From assembly GCA_963772725.1 (NCBI GenBank), contig CAVYYI010000005.1, forward strand, positions 212,244-276,243: 64,000 nucleotides of DNA. The letters run 5' to 3'. Below are positions 20,461 to 28,735 of the stretch, piece by piece. How positions within the stretch are numbered: the stretch's first letter is position 1; every line of letters starts with the position of its first letter. The translations under genes and the position numbers were made by a program. Below the pieces are notes generated by a model. The model made no database searches and was not told the origin of the DNA. It saw only the letters and a program-made list of their open reading frames with translations. The DNA is from an uncultured Phycisphaerales bacterium. GTDB taxonomy: Bacteria; Planctomycetota; Phycisphaerae; Sedimentisphaerales; Anaerobacaceae.

Positions 20461-21405
20461 ATGATGAGAAGAAACGGGAAATTAATAACCAATATCGTTT
20501 TTACAAAAAACAGGCCTTTGCAGCTTGAAGGATACCTGAGAAGTTTGTACACACATTTCCCGGAAGAAATCTTCAAAACTTTTATCCTCTACAAAAAAGA
20601 ACTCTTCAGCAAGGAATACAAACAGCTCTTCAGCGAATTTCCGGGCTGCGTTGTGATTGAGGAGAGCGATTTTTCAAAGGATTTTTTCAATATCGTCAAA
20701 CATATCGATACCGAATACATGATGTTCGGAGTAGATGATGTTGTTTACTTCGATGGCGTTGATTTTGAGATAATTGATAGAACTTTCAAAGAACATTCCG
20801 TCAATATTTTTGGATTTTCTCTTCGCTTCGACAAAGAAATTCTTGGGGCAGGCGGCGACATTATTACCGAAAATAATGTAAATGGTCAGGCTGTTTGCAG
20901 CATAGACTGGACTGATGGCAAAACTCCTAATAGCCGGTATCCGTTCGAGCTTTGTGCTACAATTTATAAAACCGAGCTCGTAAAAAAGATTCTGAAAGGT
21001 TCACGTGTAGATAATCCCATTACGGAGTTTCTTTTTGCTCCGTCATCGGCGATTGCTTTCTTTTTCGGCCTGCTTGGATTGAAACGGAAATTACTAAAGT
21101 CGCTGGGTTATTTTTACAGCCCGAATACGCTCGAATCGTGGAACTGCCGCTGGTGCCGAAAAAACAGCGGCAAATTGCCTCGGCGTCTTTCCTTTCAAAA
21201 GCATTGCGCAAGTGCGATACAGGTGAATCTTGTTAATACGTCAACGGCTAATGAAAGTGAAGGAACCGCCGAACAAACAGTAGAAACGCTTGCAGAAAAG
21301 TACAGACAGGGCTACCGGATAGATATAGAATCCCTGGAAAGTAACAGGCCAATGCACACTCATAGCGGTACAGAATTTTTCAGATTAAGTAAGAAAGATA
21401 ATTAA
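20461..21405 (+). CDS. Uncharacterised protein, possibly a GT-A-fold glycosyltransferase
   Basis: The 314-aa ORF lies in the glycan cluster. The N-terminus (ITNIVFTKNRPLQLEGYLRSL ... MFGVDDVVYF) resembles a nucleotide-sugar-binding GT-A start with a DD(x) motif. I recognise no firm family. Confidence 0.4.
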   Translation: MMRRNGKLITNIVFTKNRPLQLEGYLRSLYTHFPEEIFKTFILYKKELFSKEYKQLFSEFPGCVVIEESDFSKDFFNIVKHIDTEYMMFGVDDVVYFDGVDFEIIDRTFKEHSVNIFGFSLRFDKEILGAGGDIITENNVNGQAVCSIDWTDGKTPNSRYPFELCATIYKTELVKKILKGSRVDNPITEFLFAPSSAIAFFFGLLGLKRKLLKSLGYFYSPNTLESWNCRWCRKNSGKLPRRLSFQKHCASAIQVNLVNTSTANESEGTAEQTVETLAEKYRQGYRIDIESLESNRPMHTHSGTEFFRLSKKDN

Positions 21406-22151
21406 TGTCACGTTTTTACAGCAGATGGAAAAAACCGTTGATGAGGTCGAAAATTCTTTCGGGTCTCTCTAAATACCCCGCATATTTTACTGACTGGTAC
21501 CGCTACAGCAGGATGGAAGGTGCGGAAAAAATAAGGCTCTCGGATACATATCCGTGTCTTTTTGATAAAACCTCAACAACCGGCGTTGACAGTCATTACT
21601 TCTATCAGGGAATATGGGCATTTAAGAGGATTCTCGCAAATAAACCTTTGAAACATGTAGATGTAGGTTCGGATGTCGATTTTGTGGGTTATTTGAGCGC
21701 TATCACAGAAGTTGAATTTGTGGATATACGGCCGCTGACGGTATCCAACATCGGCAATCTTGAATCAATCAAGGGCAGTATTCTCGAAATGCCCTTTGAG
21801 GATAATTCTGTTTCTTCGCTTTCCTGTCTTCACGTGGCGGAGCATATAGGTCTTGGCAGATATGGTGATCCTCTCGACCCATCAGGAACAAAAAAAGCCG
21901 CAAAAGAGTTAAGCAGGGTACTGGCCAAAGGCGGCAATCTTTATTTTTCTTTACCTATCGGCAAGTCCAGAATCTGCTTTAATGCTCATCGAATACACAG
22001 CCCGCGGCAGATACTCGAATACTTCAGCGACCTTAAATTAGTAGAGTTATCTGGTTCGACAGATAATAAAGAATTTTTAGAAAATATCGATATTACAAAA
22101 CTCGAAAATCAAAAATACGCATGTGCAATGTTCTGGTTTACTAAAGGGTAA
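21405..22151 (+). CDS. Class I SAM-dependent methyltransferase (glycan O-methyltransferase-like)
   Basis: It contains VDVGSDVDFVGYLS (motif I-like), then GSILEMPFEDNSVSSLSCLHVAEHIGLGRYGD and LAKGGNLYFSLPIG. Its start overlaps the upstream stop by 1 nt. Confidence 0.7.
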   Translation: MSRFYSRWKKPLMRSKILSGLSKYPAYFTDWYRYSRMEGAEKIRLSDTYPCLFDKTSTTGVDSHYFYQGIWAFKRILANKPLKHVDVGSDVDFVGYLSAITEVEFVDIRPLTVSNIGNLESIKGSILEMPFEDNSVSSLSCLHVAEHIGLGRYGDPLDPSGTKKAAKELSRVLAKGGNLYFSLPIGKSRICFNAHRIHSPRQILEYFSDLKLVELSGSTDNKEFLENIDITKLENQKYACAMFWFTKG

Positions 22152-22199
22152 TAAAAAAAGTTTAAATTAATCAAGGTATCTTGCGGAATTAAAGACAAA

Positions 22200-23234
22200 A
22201 TGAAAAGAGCAAAACGCATACTTGTAATATCCGATTTTAAAAATGAAAAGTCACAAGCTGTCTTTGTGGACGAAAGACGAATTGTCAAGGGCCTAATCCG
22301 TACCGGCAATGATGTAGTAGAATTTAGTCACAGAAATATGCTCATGCAGTGCAGCCCAATCGCAAACAAAAGAATTGCAAGATATTTTGCGCATAGGAAA
22401 GTCAACAAAATCCTCTTGGAGTTTATGCGGTATTACTATCCGGATTACGTTTTTGCTCTGTGTATGAAAGAACTTGATGCGGATACTGTAAAAGAAATGC
22501 GCCGTATCTCACCTAACACTATTTTCCTTGGCAGAGATGGTGATCCTTTCCCCGAGAACTTCCCTAAACGTGTAGAAACAGGGGCACAAATGGACATAAT
22601 GACAATGCCAAGTTCAGGTCAATTTCTTGAAGTTTATAAAAACGCCGGAGTTAAATGTTGTGCATTTATTCCTTTCTGCTGTGATCCAGATATCCAATAT
22701 AAATTCGAGATTGAACAAAAATGGCAAACTGATATTGTATTCACTGGAAAAGAAGAACATTCCAGTCTCAAACGTGACGAAATTAGATATAACATCGTAA
22801 AAAGACTTAAAGAGATGCCTAACGTAAAACTCTACGGCTGTTTTGGTCGTCCTCGAACTTTAGGACTAGATTGTTTCCGTTCATTAAGTAATGCAAAAAT
22901 AGGATTAAGCGTCAATATCACCAGCAATGTGAGACTTTATCATTCGGATAGATATATAAACATTCCTGCCTGCGGAACATTCACTCTTGCCAAGCGAACC
23001 CAAGGTTATGAAATGCTGTTTGAAGATGGGGTACACATGAAGTATTTTGATAGCGAAGAAGAATTTTTTGAACTTGCTGACTGGTATTTAAAACATGATG
23101 ATGAAAGAGAAAAAATCGCAAAGGCCGGCATGGAGCGATCTCATAGAGAGTTCAATTGTACAAAGATTGCCGGGCATTTGATGGATTTAGTAGAAAAGGG
23201 TAAATACGAAGCTCCATGGGCAGAAATTTTGTAG
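22200..23234 (+). CDS. CgeB-family / GT1-like glycosyltransferase
   Basis: The C-terminal region YFDSEEEFFELADWYLKHDDEREKIAKAGMERSHREFNCTKI is typical of the CgeB-type Glyco_trans_1_2 domain. Confidence 0.6.
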   Translation: MKRAKRILVISDFKNEKSQAVFVDERRIVKGLIRTGNDVVEFSHRNMLMQCSPIANKRIARYFAHRKVNKILLEFMRYYYPDYVFALCMKELDADTVKEMRRISPNTIFLGRDGDPFPENFPKRVETGAQMDIMTMPSSGQFLEVYKNAGVKCCAFIPFCCDPDIQYKFEIEQKWQTDIVFTGKEEHSSLKRDEIRYNIVKRLKEMPNVKLYGCFGRPRTLGLDCFRSLSNAKIGLSVNITSNVRLYHSDRYINIPACGTFTLAKRTQGYEMLFEDGVHMKYFDSEEEFFELADWYLKHDDEREKIAKAGMERSHREFNCTKIAGHLMDLVEKGKYEAPWAEIL

Positions 23235-23255
23235 TTGTTTATTGATAAAGATATC

Positions 23256-24245
23256 ATGAAAATCCTTGTTATAAGCAATAATCCAGAGCGGGCGAGTTTC
23301 AGGCAGCGGATAGGTATTTACTTCGATATTTTGCGTGAAAACGGAATCGATTGTGAGGTCGCGAAGCTGCCGTTCGGTTTTTCAGAACGGTTAAAGCTGT
23401 TCAGAAGAGCGAGGGATTTTGACGGCGTTTTTATCCATAAGAAAAAACTCAATATTCTTGATATCTTTGTGCTTAGGCATTACAGTCGAAAAATTATCTA
23501 TGATTTTGACGATGCTGTGATGTTCAATCCGCATAAGCCGCAGCGTAACAGCCCGTGGCATTTTCTGCCTTTTCGCAGAACGGTGGCGGCGGCGAATTTG
23601 GTTATCGCCGGCAATCAATATCTCGCGGACTACGCCCGAAAATTCAATCATAATGTTGAGGTTCTTCTCACTGGGCTTGAAACGGAGGCTTATCAGATAA
23701 AGAACATGCCCACAAGGGACGGCAAAATCCGGCTTGTCTGGATAGGCAGCAGTGCTACTTTGAGCTATCTCGAAGAAATTCGGCCTGCTCTTGACGAAAT
23801 TGGCAAACGTTTCGATAATGTGGTTTTGAGAATAATCTGCGATAAATTCTTTGACCTTAAAAATATGATGGTTGAAAAATGCCCCTGGTCGCTTGAAAAG
23901 CAAAGCTTTGATTTAGCTACCTGCGACATTGGGCTTTCTCCGCTGCCGGACAATCATTTTACCAGGGGTAAATGCGGCTTCAAAATTCTTCAGTATGCGG
24001 CATCAGGTTTGCCTGTTGTTGCCTCACCTGTCGGGGTAAATCGCGATTATGTTCAGGATGGTATCAACGGTTTTTGTGCAGTGGACAATCAGCAATGGTT
24101 CGATAAAATTTCTTTGTTAATTAAGGATGAGACGCTGCGGAAAAAAATGGCGGCTGAAAATCTTATCTGGGTAAAAAATTTCGATTTACAAATAATTGGG
24201 AAAAAATTGGTAGACCTGATTAAAAAGAATCTTTCTTTGACTTGA
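23256..24245 (+). CDS. Glycosyltransferase family 4 (GT-B, GT1 domain)
   Basis: It starts MKILVISNNPE and has the C-terminal motif KILQYAASGLPVVASPVGVNRDYVQDGINGF, the E-x7-E-type GT4 region. Confidence 0.8.
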   Translation: MKILVISNNPERASFRQRIGIYFDILRENGIDCEVAKLPFGFSERLKLFRRARDFDGVFIHKKKLNILDIFVLRHYSRKIIYDFDDAVMFNPHKPQRNSPWHFLPFRRTVAAANLVIAGNQYLADYARKFNHNVEVLLTGLETEAYQIKNMPTRDGKIRLVWIGSSATLSYLEEIRPALDEIGKRFDNVVLRIICDKFFDLKNMMVEKCPWSLEKQSFDLATCDIGLSPLPDNHFTRGKCGFKILQYAASGLPVVASPVGVNRDYVQDGINGFCAVDNQQWFDKISLLIKDETLRKKMAAENLIWVKNFDLQIIGKKLVDLIKKNLSLT

Positions 24246-24586
24246 GAAAACATTTTTTTGTCTGTGATGTATCAGTTATTTCCTTTTATATTGCGTTGGT
24301 GGCAAAATAATGGTATTTCTTGGGGGTTTGGGTTTTTGACGGGTTGGTAATGTAGCTATGCGTTTAATATGGAAAAGGTAAAACGATAGCACAAGGCAAA
24401 ACATGGAGTTTTCTCAATATAATACTTCCATGGTAAAGTTTTTTTACAGTTGCACCATCCCCCTAACCCGCCACGCTTTTGCTGCTGGGCCTCGGTGCCG
24501 TTCGGCTTCGCTCACGACAGGCGGTGATGCTGAGTCGCCGACGCTCCAAAGCTATCGCGACGCAGTAAAGGAAACGCTGACAATCT

Positions 24587-24935
24587 ATGATTAACTTTGG
24601 AATTACAGAACGAAAAAAGGAAGAGCTCGAACAGCGTATGCAGAAATGCAATTTGTTCGAAAAAGATATAGACAGAAAAATTTGTCAGAAGCGGCGGTTC
24701 AGGCGGCCAGAAGGTAAATAAAAGCTCTTCCTGTGTCCATCTCAAACATATCACCAGCGGCTTATCAGTAAAAATGCAAAAGAGCCGCAGCCAGGGACTT
24801 AATCGTTATTATGCCAGAAAAAGAATGTGTGAATTGCTTGAGAATAAACTGTTGGGAAAAGAAAGCCCAGAGGCAAAAAGGATAGAAAAGATTCGAAAGC
24901 AGAAAGACAGGAATAGACGCAGAACCTCCTCATAA
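24587..24935 (+). CDS. Small RF-1-domain (GGQ) peptidyl-tRNA hydrolase-like protein; one frame switch in an A5 run at 24676-24680
   Basis: After the switch the frame reads KFVRSGGSGGQKVNKSSSCVHLKHITSGLSVKMQKSRSQGLN and ends in a basic tail KIRKQKDRNRRRTSS-stop. The GGQ motif is at 24702-24710. Confidence 0.75.
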
Positions 24936-25157
24936 TTCGGGTCTGTTCATTTAACTGCCTAACCGGCTTTAACGATTTCGCATCTCGGCCAACTGAATGT
25001 ACGAAAAAACCGCGGGGGCGGCCTGGCGGCTAAACGAATAGTAAGGGAAAAGCTTAATTATCGGAATTTTATACTTTTTCAGTTGATTTGTGTGTGCCGG
25101 GGGGATAAACTGCAACTAGGAAAACTAACATACAACATTTTTTTGGGGGACCTAAAA

Positions 25158-25614
25158 ATGAAAATAATGGAATTGTTGGAAAAATCGGGGATAAAGTACC
25201 AGGCCGATGACCATCGTCCCACTTATACGGCCCAGCGCCTCGCCGCCGTCGAACACGAATCCGGCAGGTTTGTGGCTAAACCGGTACTGGTTAAGGCGGA
25301 TGACAAATTTATAATGTGCGTTTTGGCGGCGCATCGCAAGATAGACCTCGCGGCGTTGAAAAGCCAGCTTGGCGCAATCCCTTGAACTTGCCGACGAGAC
25401 CGCCATCGCCAAACTGTGTCCGGATTGTGAGGTAGGGGCAGAACCGCCTTTTGGAAATCTCTACAATCTGCCTACGATTATGGACAAGGAGCTGCAAAAA
25501 GATGACCACATAACTTTTCAGGCTGGTTCGCACGAAACGGCTGTGAGGGTCAATATGAAAGATTACCTCAAACTCGTTTCGCCGACAATACTGGCTTTCA
25601 GCTACCACGGTTAA
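25158..25614 (+). CDS. YbaK/ProX-type aminoacyl-tRNA deacylase domain protein; one frame switch near 25376-25380
   Basis: MKIMELLEKSGIKYQADDHRPTYTAQRLAA...KPVLVKADDKFIMCVLAAHRKIDLAALKSQLGA continues in the next frame as LELADETAIAKLCPDCEVGAEPPFGNLYNLPTIMDKEL...ITFQAGSH. Confidence 0.7.
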
Positions 25615-25671
25615 ATGTTCGTATTTAGCGCATAAAAATCTTGCCAATATGATTGTGGGAATTGCGGCCTG

Positions 25672-26163
25672 TTGTTAAGGAGCGCGGCAAAAACGCACAT
25701 TAAAATTACAAGCCCGGCTTTTGCCGACGGTGATTTTATCCCGTCAAAATATACCTGTGATGGGCAGGACATTTCCCCGCCTTTAGCGTGGGAGGGAATT
25801 CCCGCCGGTACCAGAAGCATTACCATTATATGCGATGACCCCGATGCGTCGGGCGGGACTTTTGTACACTGGGTTTTGTTCAATATCCCGCCTGATAAAA
25901 ATGGATTGCCGGAAAATTTTCCCGACGATGAGACCCTGCCGGACGGCACCCGCCAGGGGATTACCGATTTTGAAAAAATCGGTTACGGCGGCCCATGCCC
26001 TGCAAGCGGCACACACAGATATGTTTTCAAGATTTACGCTCTCGACGACAAAATAGATATCGCGATTATCGCCGATAAGCAGCTTTTGCTTTCCGCTATG
26101 GAAGGACATCTCCTCGCCCAGGGCAGACTCATCGGCAAATACCCAAAACAAACTGTTTCTTAA
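25672..26163 (+). CDS. YbhB/YbcL-family PEBP (Raf-kinase-inhibitor-like) protein
   Basis: It contains ISPPLAWEGIPAGTRSITIICDDPDA, FVHWVLFNIP, GYGGPCP and GTHRYVFKIYALD. The start (TTG 25672) is uncertain. Confidence 0.85.
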   Translation: MLRSAAKTHIKITSPAFADGDFIPSKYTCDGQDISPPLAWEGIPAGTRSITIICDDPDASGGTFVHWVLFNIPPDKNGLPENFPDDETLPDGTRQGITDFEKIGYGGPCPASGTHRYVFKIYALDDKIDIAIIADKQLLLSAMEGHLLAQGRLIGKYPKQTVS

Positions 26164-26239
26164 ACCGCATATATCTTAACCGCAGAGATATAATTTTATT
26201 TAACACAGCCTCTTGCGTCGGGGGTATTTTTAACCGTTT

Positions 26240-27117
26240 TTAATCCGTCTTTGGCGAATGGTCGGGGGCCTTTTCCTGCTCCGTAAGCATTTCGTTTAGT
26301 GAGCCGCTGCGAAAGCCCTGAATGTCCATCGCGATATATTTAAAGCCGATTGACTTGAATTTTTCGATAATTTTTCGCGGTTCGGCTCGGCGGTAATTTT
26401 GCTGAAATCTTTCGGATGCACCTCTATCCGCGCGACCGTATCGTGATGGCGAACGCGAAATTCGACCATGCCCAGCGTTTTAAGAAATTCCTCGGCCTGC
26501 TCGATTTGTTTAAGCCGCTGCCCGGTAATTTCAAGGCCGTAAGTTACCCTCAACGCCAGGCACGGTGAGGCGGGATTATCCGCGGTGGGCAGATTGAATT
26601 TCCTGCTCAACGCACGGATGTCATCTTTGGTCAATTCCGCCTCAGCGAGCGGGCAGCGGATACCGAAAACTTTAATCGCACGGCTGCCGGGCCGGTAATC
26701 GTCTTTGTCGTCGAAATTATTACCGCATATTACGCTGTCGAAAATATTTTCTTTCGCAACATTGAGCAGTGTTTTTAAGAGGTGACTTTTACAGTGGAAG
26801 CAGCGGTCGGCCTTGTTGGCGGCATACGATGCGTCAGCCATCTCCTGGGTTTGAACGGTCTGGATTTTGACGCCGATATTTTTCGCGGTCTCAATCGCTT
26901 TATCGTATTGACTTTTAGGCAGCGACGGCCCCGCGGCGATGCACGCCAGCACACTTTCCGCACCAAGCGTATCGACAGCCGCCTTTAACAGAAAGGTGCT
27001 GTCCACACCGCCCGAATATGCCACAACAACCCTGCCCAGGTTTTTGAGGATTTGCTTTAAGGATTCTAATTTTTTGTCACATTTATCAATCATTGTTACT
27101 TTCCCAATATTTGTCAT
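26240..27117 (-). CDS. larE: LarE-type ATP-dependent sulfur transferase (PP-loop ATPase); one frame switch in an A5 run (T5 at 26371-26375 on the + strand)
   Basis: It has the PP-loop VAYSGGVDSTFL, then DRCFHCK and PASPCLALR (Cys of the SPCLxxR motif). After the switch the C-terminus reads IIEKFKSIGFKYIAMDIQGFRSGSLNE. Confidence 0.75.
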
Positions 27118-27134
27118 CGCAGAGAGTTATCATT

Positions 27135-27578
27135 TCAAAGTACCTCATCCAGAATTTCCGCGGCGGTGCAGACGTACTCGGGGCAAATCGTAGTAAAAAG
27201 TTTTTTGTCTGTTGCCTCCTTCAATCCTTCAGGCGTAGAAATATCGCATCGCAGAAGCGACTTGCATTCAATTGAGCCGTAACGTGCCTTGAATTTGTTC
27301 GCGAACCGCTTTACAACTTCGAATGTCTTTTCCTTTGCTTTGTTGTCGTCTGCTTTCATTTTGCCGTATTTAAGCCCAATGACCATAATCGCGCCTGTAA
27401 CCGCCCCGCAGGTTTGCCCCAGATGCATACCGCCGCCAAATCCGGTTGAGAGTTTCAATGCCGTGCCCTGTTTTAGGCCGAACTGCTCGCAATATGCCGC
27501 CAGCACCGCCGGCGCACATGAAAACCCTCCCAAATAAATCGCCTTTGCCTTATCTGCATTACTCATATTCAACTCCAT
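27135..27578 (-). CDS. C_GCAxxG_C_C-family protein
   Basis: It contains GFSCAPAV ... GQTCGAVTGAIMVIG ... GSIECKSLL ... ICPEYVC, which matches the C-GCAxxG-C-C cysteine pattern. Confidence 0.8.
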   Translation of the reverse strand: MELNMSNADKAKAIYLGGFSCAPAVLAAYCEQFGLKQGTALKLSTGFGGGMHLGQTCGAVTGAIMVIGLKYGKMKADDNKAKEKTFEVVKRFANKFKARYGSIECKSLLRCDISTPEGLKEATDKKLFTTICPEYVCTAAEILDEVL

Positions 27579-27647
27579 ATTTTATAAGTTTTTAAGATAC
27601 TTTAATTCTATCGCTTTTTTTGAAGTTTTGTTCAGTCAGCCAACATT

Positions 27648-27890
27648 TCATTCTTTATACTCGCAGTAAACTTTATTGTATAATTCTTCGCCCAAGTGAC
27701 GTTTCGCCCAGATATGCCAGACCTCTTTTTCATCAGCATCGGGATACCGCATTCTGATACCAGCCATTGAAAGCAACTGGCCCATACGATATGCGTCCGA
27801 AACCAGCTCAAGCTTTTTCTCCGGGCTCATTCGCCGATAAAGCTCGCATTGCACTTTATATGCCTCTGGTGTTGTGTCACTTATGCCCAT
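27648..27890 (-). CDS. Conserved small helical hypothetical protein (80 aa)
   Basis: The sequence is MGISDTTPEAYKVQCELYRRMSPEKKLELVSDAYRMGQLLSMAGIRMRYPDADEKEVWHIWAKRHLGEELYNKVY. The RxRYPDA...LGEEL pattern recurs in uncharacterised bacterial proteins (from memory). The longer upstream part of ORF 27648-28169 overlaps the next gene out of frame. Confidence 0.5.
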   Translation of the reverse strand: MGISDTTPEAYKVQCELYRRMSPEKKLELVSDAYRMGQLLSMAGIRMRYPDADEKEVWHIWAKRHLGEELYNKVYCEYKE

Positions 27891-28183
27891 TTTTTTTGTA
27901 CTATTTCCAATTTTAAATAATACTGGCCAATAAGGGCCAGCGATGCGGCAACAAGGAACAATATCATTGAATAAATATTCCACTTTATCAAACTTAAACA
28001 AGCTTGAACGATGAACAATAGAGAAGCAATTTGAAGTAGCGTATGCGGCCATTTTGAATAAATAAGCATTGTTCCGCAATACGGGCAGGGTGATTCTTTG
28101 CGTGAGCAAAGGCCTTTTGTAAATTTCCATTTTTGCCTCCAGGAAATTCGCTGATGGCAGGAAGGACATAAATTATATGCCAT
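27881..28183 (-). CDS. Zinc-ribbon membrane protein (about 100 aa)
   Basis: MAYNLCPSCHQRI...CPYCGT (CxxC...CxxC) is followed by two hydrophobic helices. I placed the start at Met25 of the ORF because the upstream extension overlaps tRNA-Thr. Confidence 0.5.
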   Translation of the reverse strand: MAYNLCPSCHQRISWRQKWKFTKGLCSRKESPCPYCGTMLIYSKWPHTLLQIASLLFIVQACLSLIKWNIYSMILFLVAASLALIGQYYLKLEIVQKKWA

Positions 28184-28228
28184 AAACCACCTCTGTAACC
28201 CACGATTTTTATTTTTTATTTTTCTTAT

Positions 28229-28300
28229 AGCCGATGGAGGGATTTGAACCCTCAACCCCGGCTTTACGAAAGCCGTGCTCTACCGTTGAGCTACATCGGC
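28229..28300 (-). tRNA. tRNA-Thr (anticodon CGT)
   Basis: It folds manually into a cloverleaf: acceptor GCCGATG/CATCGGC, D stem GCTC/GAGC, anticodon stem CGGCT/AGCCG with loop TTCGTAA, and T arm GAGGG-TTCAAAT-CCCTC. No CCA is encoded. Confidence 0.9.
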
Positions 28301-28449
28301 GGTACCGCACAAAATCATATATATTCAGCCCGATTTTGTAAAGGTTTAATCCACGGTCAACCTGCATATTTCACCGCAAAGTTCGCGGAGAGCGCAGAGA
28401 TGCTTGTAATATAAAGACTTATGTTAAAATCCTGAAATTATCGACAAAT

Positions 28450-28586
28450 GTCCTGGCGTCCTAATGTCCTAAGCGTCCTAATGATTTTCTATTAATTATA
28501 TTATTTACTCATTCTTTGCTTCGCGATAGGTATAGAAATATTAATAATAATAGGAAATCATTAGGACAAATAGGACAGTTGGGACA
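28450..28586. repeat. Palindromic array of GTCCTAA-type repeats flanking a 66-70-bp AT-rich core
   Basis: The left arm reads GTCCTGGC GTCCTAAT GTCCTAAGC GTCCTAAT GATTT (28450-28487). The right arm reads AAATC ATTAGGAC AAA TAGGAC AGT TGGGAC (28556-28585). The inner 13 bp, GTCCTAATGATTT / AAATCATTAGGAC, are perfectly complementary. Confidence 0.75.
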
Positions 28587-28735
28587 ACAAACCATAATAA
28601 ACCAACCAAGTTTCTTGGATAATCATTAAAAACCTTGATTTCGCTGAAAAAAACCCTTGTCTTTAATGGGCAGGTTATTGTAGTATAGACAGTTTTAGAA
28701 GCCGGACAGAATTAACTTTTTGGAGGTTGTAAAAA

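Noticed and set aside
24403-24594. A 63-aa ORF upstream of the GGQ gene.
   Set aside because: The translation (…AAGPRCRSASLTTGGDAESP…) derives from a GC-rich low-complexity intergenic motif of the kind seen in other spacers. There is no RBS and no domain.
24672-24690. A programmed +1 frameshift of the prfB type in the GGQ gene.
   Set aside because: There is no in-frame stop at the shift site and no upstream SD-like stimulator. The shift sits in a plain A5 run, and similar homopolymer indels occur in unrelated genes.
28184-28255. An N-terminal extension of the zinc-ribbon ORF.
   Set aside because: It overlaps the T arm and acceptor stem of tRNA-Thr. The internal Met at 28183 gives a sensible CxxC start.
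28450-28586. Repeat array considered as a CRISPR locus.
   Set aside because: The units are only 8-9 nt with no spacers of 25-40 nt. The two halves are inverted relative to each other, and there are no cas genes.
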